64,000 bases of DNA from Gammaproteobacteria bacterium (GCA_965215365.1 CBDCDS010000003.1:1408001-1472000); one strand, 5' to 3'; positions 33,549-45,720 are shown, counted from the first letter of the stretch. Program-made: numbers and translations. Notes: generated from the letters alone by a model not told the origin.

Positions 33549-34819
33549 ACAGGGTGTTGCTGCTCGTTGCGATCCTGTTATCCGGTCCGGTGGCGGCCGT
33601 GCAGGACCTCGACCGTATCGTTGCGGTGATCAATGACGACATCATCATGCGCACTGAGCTGCTGGAAAAAATCAGGTCGGTCAGCGCCCAGATGGAGGAA
33701 CAGAATATCCCGCTGCCGCCCCGGGACATCCTGGAAAAACAGGTGCTGGACCGCTTGATCATGACCCGATTGCAGATCCAGATGGCGGGTAATACCGGCA
33801 TCCGGGTCGATGATGAGACCCTGAACCGCACCATCAGCAATATTGCCCGGGAAAACCAGCTGAGCCTGAAAGAGTTCCGGGAGATTCTGGAGGGTGACGG
33901 CTACGGCTACGAGAATTTCCGCAAGGAAATACGCAACGAAATACTCATTTCCAGGCTGCAACAACGTCAGGTCGATAACCGCATCATCGTCACCGAAAGG
34001 GAGATCGAGAATCACCTTTCCAACCAGGAACACCAGGGGGAAACGGACATAGAGTTTCGTATCTCCCACGTCCTCATCGCAATACCCGAAGGCGCTTCGG
34101 CCCGGCAGGTTACCCAGGCCCGGGAAACGGCCGAAAAGGTGCTAAGCGAGCTGCAAGCAGGTGCCGATTTCAGCAGTATGGCCGCCACCTACTCCGACGG
34201 CCAGCAGGCGCTGGACGGGGGTGACCTGGGCTGGCGCAAGGCCGGACAGGTGCCGACGCTGTTTGCCGATTTTATCGCCGCCATGGAGGTGGGCGGGTTA
34301 AGCGAAATCATCAAGAGCCCCAGCGGCTACCATATCATCAGGTTACAGGACAAGCGCAGCAGCGAACAGGTGGTGGTGACCCAGACCAAGGCCCGGCACA
34401 TCCTGATCCGGCCCGACGAACTGACCACGCCGGAAGACGCCTTGCGCCGGTTACAGCAGTTGCGCTTGCGTATAGCAGGTGGGGATGACTTTGCCGAACT
34501 GGCCAAGGCACACTCTGCCGACACCATGAGCGCCGCCGAAGGGGGTGATCTGGGTTGGGTCAATCCCGGCGACCTGGTGCCGGAATTTGAAAACGTGATG
34601 GATACACTCGAACCCGGCGCTACCAGTGAGCCGTTCCGGAGTCAGTTCGGGTTTCATATCGTTCAGGTGTTGGAGCGCAGGGAACATGACAGCACCGAGG
34701 ATATCAAGCGTGCACGTGCGCGGGAGGTGATTCGCCGGCGCAAGCTGGAAGAAGCGCGCACCGACTGGCTGCGACAGCTGCGCGACGAGGCTTACGTGGA
34801 ATACCGGCTGGAGTCGTGA
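33545..34819 (+). CDS. surA: Periplasmic chaperone SurA
   Basis: DRIVAVIND and two parvulin domains (GGDLGW). Confidence 0.95.
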   Translation: MNRVLLLVAILLSGPVAAVQDLDRIVAVINDDIIMRTELLEKIRSVSAQMEEQNIPLPPRDILEKQVLDRLIMTRLQIQMAGNTGIRVDDETLNRTISNIARENQLSLKEFREILEGDGYGYENFRKEIRNEILISRLQQRQVDNRIIVTEREIENHLSNQEHQGETDIEFRISHVLIAIPEGASARQVTQARETAEKVLSELQAGADFSSMAATYSDGQQALDGGDLGWRKAGQVPTLFADFIAAMEVGGLSEIIKSPSGYHIIRLQDKRSSEQVVVTQTKARHILIRPDELTTPEDALRRLQQLRLRIAGGDDFAELAKAHSADTMSAAEGGDLGWVNPGDLVPEFENVMDTLEPGATSEPFRSQFGFHIVQVLERREHDSTEDIKRARAREVIRRRKLEEARTDWLRQLRDEAYVEYRLES

Positions 34820-34846
34820 CTGTTTGCAGGTGAAGGTTTGTGTTTT

Positions 34847-34875
34847 ATCCGCAGATGGCGCAGATAAACGCAGAT
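34847..34875 (+). repeat. Short (CGCAGAT)x3 motif
   Basis: atccgcagatggcgcagataaacgcagat in the surA-pdxA gap. Confidence 0.5.
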
Positions 34876-34931
34876 GATAGCTTGATGAAAAATCTCTGTC
34901 GTCAGTGAATATCGAAACAACAAGTTGAACA

Positions 34932-35912
34932 ATGCCGGCAAAATTAGCTTTGACTCTTGGAGAACCTGCCGGCATCGGGCCTGATATCGTCCTAGACTGT
35001 GCCCGGCACCGGTTGGCGGCACAAATCGTTGTAGTCGGCGACCCGGATCTGCTGCAAGACCGGGCGCAACGGCTTGGCAGGGACCTCAAGTTGATTGAAT
35101 ATTGCCCCGACGCAGGCATCGAGCCGCAGCCACCGGGGCAGCTGTGTTACCTGCGCCAGCCGTTGGCGGCACCGGTGGAATTGGGCAAGCCCAGTGTGCG
35201 CAACGCCGATAGTGTGCTGGCAAGTATTGAGCGGGCAGTTCAGGGTTGCCTGTCGGGAGAGTTTGCCGCCATGGTCACGGCACCGGTGAACAAGGCCGTT
35301 ATTGCTGCGGCGGGGCACCCGTTCAAGGGGCATACCGAGCACATCGCCGCGCTTTGCGGCAGCCCGGCGCCGGTGATGATGCTGGCCAATGACTTCGCCC
35401 GGGTGGCACTGGTGACAACACACCTGCCCCTGCAACAGGTACCCGGGCAGATCACCCGCAAACGCCTGCGTCGGGTGTTGCGCACCGTGGCCGCCGACCT
35501 GCGGGCGAAATTCAGTATTGACGAGCCGCGCCTGCTAATCTGTGGCATCAACCCTCATGCCGGGGAGCAGGGCCTGCTGGGCAACGAGGAGCACGAGGTC
35601 GTCATCCCGGTCATCAATGAACTGCAAGCGGAAGGTTTGCAGCTGGTGGGGCCAGTGCCGGCAGACACCGCGTTTACCCCTGCTTCTCTGGCGCGCACAG
35701 ACGCGGTTGTATCCATGTACCATGATCAAGGCCTGCCGGTATTGAAATCCCACGGCTTCGGCAACACCGTGAACATCACGCTGGGCCTGCCCATCATCCG
35801 CACCTCCGTGGATCACGGCACCGCCTTCGACCTGGCCGGCACTGGCAAAGCCGATGCCAGCAGCCTGCTTGCGGCCATTGATTATGGGGTTGAGCTGGCT
35901 AACCGCAGTTGA
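34932..35912 (+). CDS. pdxA: 4-hydroxythreonine-4-phosphate dehydrogenase
   Basis: GEPAGIGPD, GHTE, NPHAGE, MYHDQGL, RTSVDHGTA. Confidence 0.96.
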   Translation: MPAKLALTLGEPAGIGPDIVLDCARHRLAAQIVVVGDPDLLQDRAQRLGRDLKLIEYCPDAGIEPQPPGQLCYLRQPLAAPVELGKPSVRNADSVLASIERAVQGCLSGEFAAMVTAPVNKAVIAAAGHPFKGHTEHIAALCGSPAPVMMLANDFARVALVTTHLPLQQVPGQITRKRLRRVLRTVAADLRAKFSIDEPRLLICGINPHAGEQGLLGNEEHEVVIPVINELQAEGLQLVGPVPADTAFTPASLARTDAVVSMYHDQGLPVLKSHGFGNTVNITLGLPIIRTSVDHGTAFDLAGTGKADASSLLAAIDYGVELANRS

Positions 35913-36682
35913 CATCTCCCCGCCGCAAGCGCTTCGGCCAACATTTCCTTAAAGACCCGGTCGTTATCGAGCGGCTCATCGGCGCCATCGCCCCTCAACC
36001 CGGCCAGCGTATCGTCGAGATCGGTCCCGGCCGAGGCGCGTTGACCATTCCCTTGTTGCGCCGACTAGGAGAGCTCTATGTGGTAGAGGTGGATCGCGAG
36101 CTGGCCGCAGCATTACCGCAACGATGTGCCGGGCTCGGGCAGTTGCACCTGTTGCCGCAGGATGCACTGAAAACGGATTTTTCCGGGTTTGGCCCGGTGC
36201 CGCTGCAGGTGGTGGGCAACCTGCCCTATAATATTTCCACGCCGCTACTGTTTCACCTGCTACGCTTCCCGGTAATCCGCCGTATGGTATTCATGCTGCA
36301 AAAGGAAGTCGTCGAGCGGCTCTGCGCCGGCGCCGGCACACCCGAATACGGTCGCCTCAGCGTCATGGCGCAGGCACGCAGTCAGGCGCAACACCTGTTT
36401 GACGTGCCACCCGGCGCCTTCAGCCCCCCGCCAAAAGTCCATTCCGCCGTGGTGGAATTAACCGTCCGCCCTGCGGCAACCGCGCGCATCGAAAATTTCG
36501 ACCGCTTCACGGAACTGGTAAGAACCGCCTTCTCCGCCCGCCGCAAGAAAATCAGCAACGGCTTAAAGCCCTGGTTCAACGCCACGCAACTGCAACAACT
36601 AGGCATTTCCCCTGATGCCAGACCGGCGGAGTTGGGTGTGGAGGATTATATAACTCTATCTAATCATCGGTTTTTTTCCTGA
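35909..36682 (+). CDS. rsmA: 16S rRNA dimethyltransferase RsmA/KsgA
   Basis: RKRFGQHFL, EIGPGRG, NLPYNIST, FSPPPKV.S. Confidence 0.96.
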   Translation: MTSPRRKRFGQHFLKDPVVIERLIGAIAPQPGQRIVEIGPGRGALTIPLLRRLGELYVVEVDRELAAALPQRCAGLGQLHLLPQDALKTDFSGFGPVPLQVVGNLPYNISTPLLFHLLRFPVIRRMVFMLQKEVVERLCAGAGTPEYGRLSVMAQARSQAQHLFDVPPGAFSPPPKVHSAVVELTVRPAATARIENFDRFTELVRTAFSARRKKISNGLKPWFNATQLQQLGISPDARPAELGVEDYITLSNHRFFS

Positions 36683-36744
36683 CATTCTTTTGAATAAAAC
36701 CTTGCACACTCGGCCAGACCAGGAATCAGTTGTACAATGTATCC

Positions 36745-37287
36745 ATGTCACAACTGATGCAAAATTTATCTGAACGCATCGATCGTTTCAGCGAGTTTAT
36801 CGGGCGTAGCCTGTCCTGGCTGGTGCTGGTACTGGTGTTGCTGGTGGGTTATGACGTGACGATGCGCTATTTTTTCCTGAGTGGGTCCATTGCCATTCAG
36901 GAACTGGAATGGCATTTGTTTGCGCTGATATTCCTGCTGGGGGCAGCCTATACCTTAAAGCATGACGACCATGTGCGGCTGGACTTGTTTTATCGCAGCC
37001 GGTTCATGTCGGATTATCGCCGCGCCTGGGTCAACCTGATTTGCACACTGCTGTTCCTGATCCCGTTTTGCATACTCATCATAAAAAGTTCCTGGCCGTT
37101 CGTGGCTCAGGCCTACCAGTTTGCCGAGGGCTCTCCCGACCCGGGCGGGTTGCCGTATCGCTGGGCACTCAAGGCGGCGATACCGCTGGGTTACTTCCTG
37201 TTGCTCATACAGGGGTTCAGTGAGGGACTGAAGAACCTGTGCTTTATTCTGGATCATAAATCCGGCAGCTCGGTGGGGTCGGAGTAA
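36745..37287 (+). CDS. TRAP transporter small permease (DctQ family)
   Basis: Four TMs, ELEWHLF, HVRLD, EGSPDPGGLP. Confidence 0.88.
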   Translation: MSQLMQNLSERIDRFSEFIGRSLSWLVLVLVLLVGYDVTMRYFFLSGSIAIQELEWHLFALIFLLGAAYTLKHDDHVRLDLFYRSRFMSDYRRAWVNLICTLLFLIPFCILIIKSSWPFVAQAYQFAEGSPDPGGLPYRWALKAAIPLGYFLLLIQGFSEGLKNLCFILDHKSGSSVGSE

Positions 37288-37374
37288 CAATCCGCAAGAT
37301 ACTATGACAGGCGCACACATTACGATGGGTTGTTATTCTGAACTCGGCGTTTGGCAGGAATCAGGGGGGCAGCA

Positions 37375-38688
37375 ATGACCGTCTGGATCGTCTTCATGTT
37401 CCTGAGCCTGATGCTCCTGCTGATGCTGGGCTATCCGGTTGCGTTTACCCTGGGGGCAGTGTCGCTACTGTTCGGCGGGATCTTCCTAGGCCTGGATTTT
37501 TTCCACTTGCTGCCGCTGCGGATCTGGGGGGTAATGACCAATTTCACCCTGCTGGCGGTGCCGCTGTTCATTTTCATGGGCATTGTGCTGGATAAATCGG
37601 GGCTGGCGGAGGACCTGCTGGAAACCATGGGGCTGCTGTTCGGACGCTTGCGCGGCGGGTTGGCCCTGGCGGTCGTAATCGTCGGCGCGCTGCTGGCTGC
37701 CACCACCGGGGTGGTGGGTGCCACCGTGGTGACCATGGGCATCATTGCGCTGCCCACCATGTTACGCCGGCATTACTCCCGGCAGCTTGCCACCGGCACT
37801 ATCGCCGCCGCCGGCACTCTGGGACAGATTATCCCGCCGAGTATTATTCTGATCCTGCTCGGTGATGTCATGGGCGTGCCGGTCGGACGCCTGTTCATCG
37901 GCGCGGTGGCGCCGGGGATATTACTGGTGGTGCTGTTCCTGGTCTATATCAGTGTGTATGCCTGGCTCAAACCGGAGGTTGCCCCCGCTATCACGGCGGC
38001 CGGCGACGAGCGCCTGCTGCGCAAGGTGTTGCTGACCCTGCTGCCGCCACTGCTGCTGGTGCTTGGCGTGCTGGGTTCCATCTTTTTCGGCATTGCCTCG
38101 CCCACAGAGTCGGCTGCGGTCGGCGCGCTGGGGGCGCTGTTGCTGGCGTTGTTGCACGGACAACTCACCCTGGCGCGGTTACGCGAGGCCATGCAGTTGA
38201 CCACACGCCTGACCAGTATGGTGTTTCTGATCCTGATCGGCGCTACTGCGTTCGGCCTAGTATTCCGGGGCATGGGCGGCGCTCAGCTGGTGTCGGAGGT
38301 GATGACCAATCTGCCCGGCGGCACTTTGGGCTTTCTTATCGTCAGCATGTTGCTGATCTTCCTGTTGGGCTTCTTTTTGGATTTCCTGCAGATCTGCTTT
38401 ATCGTCGTGCCTGTGCTGACGCCCATTGCCGCCAGTATGGGGGTGGATTTGTTATGGCTTGCCGTGCTGATAGCGATTAACCTGCAAACTTCGTTCCTGA
38501 CCCCGCCGTTTGGCTTTTCCCTGTTTTACTTAAAAGCGGTGGCGCCGCAGGAAATACGCATTCAGCATATTTACCAGGGCATTGTGCCCTTCATCCTGAT
38601 ACAGCTCGCCACCATCGGCCTGTTATGCCTGTTCCCCACTCTGGTCACCTGGCTGCCTGACCTGATGGACCGGATGCAGGGGTTGTAA
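37375..38688 (+). CDS. TRAP transporter large permease (DctM family)
   Basis: GYPVAFTL, LLAVPLFIFMG, GTLGQIIPPS, FLTPPFG. Confidence 0.92.
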   Translation: MTVWIVFMFLSLMLLLMLGYPVAFTLGAVSLLFGGIFLGLDFFHLLPLRIWGVMTNFTLLAVPLFIFMGIVLDKSGLAEDLLETMGLLFGRLRGGLALAVVIVGALLAATTGVVGATVVTMGIIALPTMLRRHYSRQLATGTIAAAGTLGQIIPPSIILILLGDVMGVPVGRLFIGAVAPGILLVVLFLVYISVYAWLKPEVAPAITAAGDERLLRKVLLTLLPPLLLVLGVLGSIFFGIASPTESAAVGALGALLLALLHGQLTLARLREAMQLTTRLTSMVFLILIGATAFGLVFRGMGGAQLVSEVMTNLPGGTLGFLIVSMLLIFLLGFFLDFLQICFIVVPVLTPIAASMGVDLLWLAVLIAINLQTSFLTPPFGFSLFYLKAVAPQEIRIQHIYQGIVPFILIQLATIGLLCLFPTLVTWLPDLMDRMQGL

Positions 38689-38689
38689 A

Positions 38690-39499
38690 TCATCTCAAAG
38701 CGTCTATCACCGGTTGCGTTTCCGGGCGGATACCGCGCCACAGGTAGAAGGATTCGGCGGCTTGTTCTACCAGCATGCCGAGGCCGTCGCTGAGGTGCGC
38801 GCCGCCGTTGTCGGCAGCCCAGCTCAGAAACGCCTGGGCCGCCTTGCCATAGACCATGTCGTAGCAGCAGGAGTCGGCTGCTAGGATGCCGTCCGGCAAG
38901 GGCAGGGAGTGCCCGCCCAGACCCGCAGCGGCGCCGTTGAGCACCAGGTCATAGAAGCCGGCTACGGGTTCGTCAAAGCCTTGTACGCGGAGTAAGTCCC
39001 GGGCTTCGGGAAACAGTTCCAGCAGTTGCCGCGCGCGCGCCGGGGTGCGGTTGATAATGGTCACTGCCGCCGGTTGTTCGTCCAGCACATTACCCAGCAC
39101 GCTCCTGACGGCCCCGCCGGCGCCCACTAGCAGTACCCGCCGGCCGCGGATCTGCATACCCTTGGCGCGCAGGTCGCGCAGCAGCCCGATGCCATCCGTG
39201 GAATCGCCGAAAACGCGGCCATCAGCGTCAAAGCGGATCAGGTTGGCCGCGCGCGCGCGGTCGGCGCGCGCGCTACTGTGGGTAATGTAGGCCCAGGCCT
39301 GCTCCTTGAAGGGGAGGGTGACGTTCAGCCCGCGTCCGCCCGCTTGTCGGAACGCGGTCACGGTGTCGGTAAAACCATCGGCAGGGGAGAGCAGGGCGCG
39401 GTATTCCAGTGGCTCCCCGGTCTGCTCGGCAAACAGCTTATGGATACGGGGTGAGAGGCTATGCGCTATGGGGTTGCCGATGACGGCGTAGGTGTCCAT
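38690..39499 (-). CDS. aroE: Shikimate dehydrogenase
   Basis: GNPIAHSLSP, NVTLPFK, GAGGA, GLGMLVEQAA. Confidence 0.95.
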   Translation of the reverse strand: MDTYAVIGNPIAHSLSPRIHKLFAEQTGEPLEYRALLSPADGFTDTVTAFRQAGGRGLNVTLPFKEQAWAYITHSSARADRARAANLIRFDADGRVFGDSTDGIGLLRDLRAKGMQIRGRRVLLVGAGGAVRSVLGNVLDEQPAAVTIINRTPARARQLLELFPEARDLLRVQGFDEPVAGFYDLVLNGAAAGLGGHSLPLPDGILAADSCCYDMVYGKAAQAFLSWAADNGGAHLSDGLGMLVEQAAESFYLWRGIRPETQPVIDALR

Positions 39500-39529
39500 G
39501 GCAGGATTGTACCGCCTTTACGTCCATCA

Positions 39530-39554
39530 GGCGCCTCCAATTTTCAGAGGCGCC
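39530..39554. mobile_element. MITE family 1 terminal hairpin remnant (related remnant at 42561-42587)
   Basis: ggcgcctccaattttcagaggcgcc resembles the right end ggtgcctctaatttttagaggcgccc. Confidence 0.6.
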
Positions 39555-39567
39555 TTATTACTTTGTG

Positions 39568-41251
<1,684 letters not shown>

Positions 41252-41341
41252 TCTTGCTCTCCGTCAGGTCTGGTCTCAGAGGTGGGGACAAAACAGCTGC
41301 GGTCCCCAATAGTTGGTGTTTTGTCGGAATAGTCCGGTTTG

Positions 41342-42055
41342 CTAAAAACTCATGGAAATAGTGCCCACGAGCGCCTCGCAGATCTCGCCGCCACAATCGT
41401 TATCGGCATCATTCCAGGACGCGCTCAAACTCAGCGGGCCCAGGCCTTTACTGATGCCAATACTGTAGTGGGTGTAGTTAAAGCCGTCCGGCCCGCTGGT
41501 CTTGTCGCCGGCCACATCCTGCCAGCCGACATAGAAGGACAGGCCAAAGCCGTGCGGCAGTGCCAGGTCCAGGGCACCGTTTAGGTAGATGCCGTCACCA
41601 TCTTCGCCGAAGAAGTCCGGGGAGTAGGCAATGCCGGCGCTAACGGTAGGTTCCAACGCGCCGGCGAAGGTATAACCAGTGCTGGCGTACACCTCCACGA
41701 AGTTTTCCTCCGGTTGGGCATCGGAACTGGGGTAAATGTAATAGAGTCCGCCTACATCCCAACTGAGTCCGCCGGGCAGTTCGCCCGAGATACCGCCATA
41801 GACATCGATTTCCAGATCTTCGGCAAAATCCACGTTGGAGGCCCAGGTTCCCAGGTAAACTCCTGTGGGCGCGTGGGCATAATCGATCCCACCCTGTACC
41901 GCGGCTTTCTCACTGGTCTGGGAGATGCCCCGGTAGAGGTAATCGGTTACCAGCGCAATATTGCCGCTGAACTCATGCGGCGAGTCCTCCGCCTGAACAT
42001 TCACCGTGCAAAGCGCCAGGGTCAGGACTCCCAAGCCGGTCATTTTTATTCGCAT
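41342..42055 (-). CDS. TorF-family putative porin
   Basis: Signal peptide, TDYLYRGISQT, VQGGIDY, GTWASNV, terminal F; amtB-linked. Confidence 0.85.
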   Translation of the reverse strand: MRIKMTGLGVLTLALCTVNVQAEDSPHEFSGNIALVTDYLYRGISQTSEKAAVQGGIDYAHAPTGVYLGTWASNVDFAEDLEIDVYGGISGELPGGLSWDVGGLYYIYPSSDAQPEENFVEVYASTGYTFAGALEPTVSAGIAYSPDFFGEDGDGIYLNGALDLALPHGFGLSFYVGWQDVAGDKTSGPDGFNYTHYSIGISKGLGPLSLSASWNDADNDCGGEICEALVGTISMSF

Positions 42056-42104
42056 GTTAATTTCACTCCGATAACTTTGCGCAAATCGCAACAGAAATAT
42101 TATA

Positions 42105-42120
42105 AGCATATTTCGTGCCA
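42105..42120 (-). promoter_or_regulatory. Sigma54 -24/-12 promoter for TorF-amtB-glnK
   Basis: Minus strand TGGCACGAAATATGCT (GG-N10-GC). Confidence 0.8.
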
Positions 42121-42178
42121 GTTTTTGCGGGGGTTAAACCGGCAAATTGGGATAAAACTGCGCGCGTCTCGTGTGCGC

Positions 42179-42195
42179 TGCACAATAATAGTGCA
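42179..42195. promoter_or_regulatory. NtrC binding site
   Basis: TGCACAATAATAGTGCA (TGCAC-N7-GTGCA) about 60 bp upstream of the sigma54 site. Confidence 0.75.
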
Positions 42196-42286
42196 GCAGC
42201 GCGGTTGTCCGCATCCCTTGAAGCGGTTATTATGGACGCTTCTGAGAATTAGAGATTACTTCATCTACTGCAGGAACCTACTCACC

Positions 42287-42550
42287 ATGATCAAGGCACG
42301 GGAAATAGAAGATTTCGTCCAGCAGTTCCTGCGGTTACTGCCCCAGGACCTCAGCCGCTCGCGGGCGGATTTTGAGAAAATCGTGCGCGCCGCCATGAAC
42401 GCGGCGTTCTCAAGAATGAACCTGGTGACGCGGGAAGAGTTCGAGGTGCAGGCGCAACTGCTCAGTAACACCCGCGCCGTGCTGGATGAGCTGGAACAGA
42501 AAACCACCGAACTGGAAAAAACACTTTCAGAAAAGCAAAACTCGGGTTAA
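42287..42550 (+). CDS. ubiK: Ubiquinone biosynthesis accessory factor UbiK (YqiC)
   Basis: MNLVTREEFEVQ...TR..L..LE; 87 aa; usual position between glnK/amt and comM. Confidence 0.88.
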   Translation: MIKAREIEDFVQQFLRLLPQDLSRSRADFEKIVRAAMNAAFSRMNLVTREEFEVQAQLLSNTRAVLDELEQKTTELEKTLSEKQNSG

Positions 42551-42685
42551 ACTTGCGACTGGTCGCCGCCAATTTTTAGAGGCGCCCTCAAGCCAGTGTG
42601 TACAGGTATGGCACACTGCGATAGCGCCGGGAAACCGGCATAACACCAGGCACGGCAGCATCTGCCGGCCAAGCTGGAGGAAAAA

Positions 42686-44203
42686 ATGGAAATTGCGAGG
42701 ATCTACTCACGCGCCCTGACGGGGATCGACTCCCCTCAGGTCACGGTTGAAATACACATCTCTCGAGGCCTGCCCCAATTTTTTATCGTCGGTCTGCCTG
42801 AAACCGAAGTCAAAGAGAGTCGGGAACGCGTCCGCAGCGCCTTGCTCACCAATCACTTCGAGTTTCCCATGCGTCGCATTACCGTGAATCTGGCGCCGGC
42901 GGATCTGCCCAAGGAGGGTGGCAGGTATGACCTGGCAATCGCCATTGGCATCTTGGCAGCCTCCGGGCAGATTTCCTGCGAGGCACTGCCATTGCACGAG
43001 TTTATCGGCGAGTTGTCCCTGACCGGGGAGTTACGCCCGGTGCGCGGGGTGCTGCCCTGCGCTTACGCCACCAACAAGACCGGGCGCAGCCTGATACTGC
43101 CTGAGCCCAATGCTGCGGAGGCCGGCCTTATTAACGAGTTGGGTGTCTTGCCGGCGCAGCATGTCATGGCCGTTTGCGGTCACCTGAATGCCGTGACCCC
43201 GCTGGCGCGCTTCAGCCGCAAGGAGCTACCACCGCAGGAGCAACAGGTTTATCCCGACCTGGCGGAAGTGCGCTCACATCATTTTGCCAAGCGTGCCCTG
43301 GAAATCTGTGCTTCAGGGGGACACAACCTGCTTATGACAGGTCCGCCCGGCAGCGGTAAAACCATGTTGGCCGAGCGCCTGCCGGGTCTGTTGCCGCCCA
43401 TGAGTGAGCAAGAAGCCATGGCCACGGCCACGATTCATTCCGTCAGCACGCGCGGTTTCAGCCTTGCAGACTGGAAGCGCCGGCCGGTGCGTATGCCGCA
43501 CCACTCGGCTTCGGCCGCGGCGCTGGTTGGCGGTGGCAGCATCCCGCGTCCCGGCGAAGTATCGCTGGCGCATAACGGCGTGTTGTTCCTGGATGAACTG
43601 CCGGAATTCAATCGTAGCGTGCTTGAGGCCTTGCGGGAACCGCTCGAAGCAGGGCAGGTCAGTATTTCCCGGGCTGCCGGCCAGACCGAATATCCGGCCG
43701 GGTTTCAGCTGGTGGCGGCGATGAATCCCTGTCCCTGCGGCTACCACGGCGATCGCAGTGACCGTTGCCGCTGCACCTGTGAACAAATCAGGCGTTACCG
43801 CAGCAAGATATCCGGCCCGCTGCTGGATCGGATTGACCTGCATATCGAAGTGCCGAATCTGTCGCCGGACAGTCTGCATGCCTCATACAGTGAGCCGCGC
43901 GAGGCCAGCGCCGTGGTGCGCCGGCGGGTACTGCGCGCGTACCGACGCCAACTGGCGCGCGTCGGCAAGCAGAACTGCCTGCTGAACAACGAAGAACTGG
44001 AAGCGCATTGCCAGCTGTCACCGTCATTGACGACCTTGCTGCATAAAGCTGTTGCGCGGCTGAATTTGTCTATCCGGGGCACTTGCCGGGTGTTGCGAGT
44101 TGCCCGTACCGTGGCAGATCTGGCGGGTGCCGACCCGATTGGCCCGGAACACCTGAGCGAAGCAATCTCCTATCGCAACAGTTTCCAGGTGCCGTCCTAT
44201 TGA
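42686..44203 (+). CDS. comM: YifB/ComM Mg-chelatase-like AAA ATPase
   Basis: NLAPADLPKEG, GPPGSGKTM, PGEVSLAHNGVLFLDE, NPCPCG. Confidence 0.93.
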   Translation: MEIARIYSRALTGIDSPQVTVEIHISRGLPQFFIVGLPETEVKESRERVRSALLTNHFEFPMRRITVNLAPADLPKEGGRYDLAIAIGILAASGQISCEALPLHEFIGELSLTGELRPVRGVLPCAYATNKTGRSLILPEPNAAEAGLINELGVLPAQHVMAVCGHLNAVTPLARFSRKELPPQEQQVYPDLAEVRSHHFAKRALEICASGGHNLLMTGPPGSGKTMLAERLPGLLPPMSEQEAMATATIHSVSTRGFSLADWKRRPVRMPHHSASAAALVGGGSIPRPGEVSLAHNGVLFLDELPEFNRSVLEALREPLEAGQVSISRAAGQTEYPAGFQLVAAMNPCPCGYHGDRSDRCRCTCEQIRRYRSKISGPLLDRIDLHIEVPNLSPDSLHASYSEPREASAVVRRRVLRAYRRQLARVGKQNCLLNNEELEAHCQLSPSLTTLLHKAVARLNLSIRGTCRVLRVARTVADLAGADPIGPEHLSEAISYRNSFQVPSY

Positions 44204-44234
44204 CATACCCGGCATCAGACAATAAGGTAAAACC

Positions 44235-44618
44235 ATGTCAGAGCAGATTCGTTACGAATTTTCCGTGAAGGTGAAAACTGCCTACCTGCAGGAACAATCC
44301 GTGCCTGAGGACAACCGGTTTGTGTTCGCTTACACCATTTCCATCACCAATACCGGGAGTATCCCGGGCACCCTGATGCGCCGGCACTGGGTCATTACTG
44401 ATGCCAATAACAAGGTGCAGGAAGTTCATGGCGATGGCGTCGTGGGTGAGCAGCCTTTCCTGGGTCCGGGGCAGTCTTTTGAATATACCAGTGGCGCTAT
44501 TCTGGAGACACCTGTGGGCTGCATGGAGGGCACTTATGACATCTTGGCCGAAGACGGGGTTGAGTTTGCCTCGCCCATCCCGGTGTTCAACCTGTCCACG
44601 CCACTGATGCTGCATTAG
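44235..44618 (+). CDS. apaG: ApaG
   Basis: FAYTISI.N, RHWVITD, GVVGEQP, FEYTSG. Confidence 0.95.
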   Translation: MSEQIRYEFSVKVKTAYLQEQSVPEDNRFVFAYTISITNTGSIPGTLMRRHWVITDANNKVQEVHGDGVVGEQPFLGPGQSFEYTSGAILETPVGCMEGTYDILAEDGVEFASPIPVFNLSTPLMLH

Positions 44619-44628
44619 CGCTCTTACC

Positions 44629-45462
44629 GTGGCAACCTATGCCATTGGCGACTTGCAGGGTTGTTTCAACGAACTGCAGGACCTGCTGCAGCTGATCCGT
44701 TTCGATCCGGCCCGGGACCGGCTCTGGTTTACCGGCGATCTAGTAAACCGCGGCCCGCAGTCGCTGGCCTGCTTGCGTTTCGTTAAGGAACTTGGGGAGG
44801 CCGCAGTTTCAGTGCTGGGCAACCATGAATTGCACCTGCTCGCCATAAGCAATGGCCAACCTCAATACCTGCATGACGGTGATACCTTGGATGACATCCT
44901 CACCGCTGCGGATGGCGCCGAACTGCTACACTGGTTACGGCGGCTGCCGCTGATACATCGGGATGAGCAAAGCGGCTTTACCATGCTGCACGCCGGCCTG
45001 CCGCCACAGTGGCGGCTGGAACAGGCCATGGCGTATGCCGCGGAGGTGGAACAGGCCCTGCGCGGCCCTGATTACCGGGACTACTTTGCCAATATGTACG
45101 GTAATGAGCCGGATTGCTGGTCGCCGGCGCTGGCTGGCTGGGAGCGGCTACGCTTCATTACCAACTGCCTGACCCGCATTCGCTACTGCAGCGGCGCCGG
45201 CGTGCTGGACCTGAAGGAGAAAGGCGTGTCCGGGCTGCCAGGGATGCTGCCGTGGTTTGCGATACCCGGCCGCAAAACTCTGCCGCAGAAACTCATTTTT
45301 GGCCATTGGGCCGCGCTCCGGGATCATCCTCAGGATTATAGTCGCTACAACGTCTATCCCTTGGACATGGGCTGTGTCTGGGGCGGTGAGTTACTGGCCC
45401 TGCGCCTGCACGACGGAGAGTATTTCAGCGTGCCGTCCAGGCAGGGAGTCAGCTTCGGGTGA
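44629..45462 (+). CDS. apaH: Symmetrical Ap4A hydrolase
   Basis: IGDLQGC, GDLVNRGP, LGNHE, FGHWAAL, D.GCVWGG. Confidence 0.95.
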   Translation: MATYAIGDLQGCFNELQDLLQLIRFDPARDRLWFTGDLVNRGPQSLACLRFVKELGEAAVSVLGNHELHLLAISNGQPQYLHDGDTLDDILTAADGAELLHWLRRLPLIHRDEQSGFTMLHAGLPPQWRLEQAMAYAAEVEQALRGPDYRDYFANMYGNEPDCWSPALAGWERLRFITNCLTRIRYCSGAGVLDLKEKGVSGLPGMLPWFAIPGRKTLPQKLIFGHWAALRDHPQDYSRYNVYPLDMGCVWGGELLALRLHDGEYFSVPSRQGVSFG

Positions 45463-45516
45463 AGGGTGCTGCACACCCCGACAATATGTAAATCTGCAAA
45501 ATTTACACAGCAAAAA
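45463..45516 (+). repeat. 54-bp dispersed element, probable IS/MITE end (inverted copy 62929-62982)
   Basis: agggygctgcacaccccgacartatgtaaatctgyaaaatttacayagcaaaaa at both sites. Confidence 0.8.
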
Positions 45517-45545
45517 TACCACGGAGAGTATTTTTAGAGGTTACC
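45512..45545 (-). mobile_element. MITE family 1 terminal fragment
   Basis: aaaataccacggagagtatttttagaggttacc. Confidence 0.65.
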
Positions 45546-45720
45546 TTCCGACAATTCCACTAGGGCAACCGCACACTTTTATACATATCATCATTAGTGT
45601 CCCAAGAATTAATCGAATAGATTCAGTTGGTTAAGTATATCACGGCGGCCTGCTTTGTGGCCGGTTTTGGTAAGTAGTTGATACAGTGAGACTTTTTCAA
45701 ATCGGCCTGGATCGTGGCAA

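Noticed and set aside
41714-42286. Long N-terminal extension of UbiK (278-aa ORF)
   Set aside because: Overlaps the TorF gene antisense and the sigma54/NtrC sites; the real start is ATG 42287 with AGGA upstream.
42609-42625. Sigma54 promoter upstream of comM (TGGCAC...)
   Set aside because: No GC at the -12 position ten bases after the GG.
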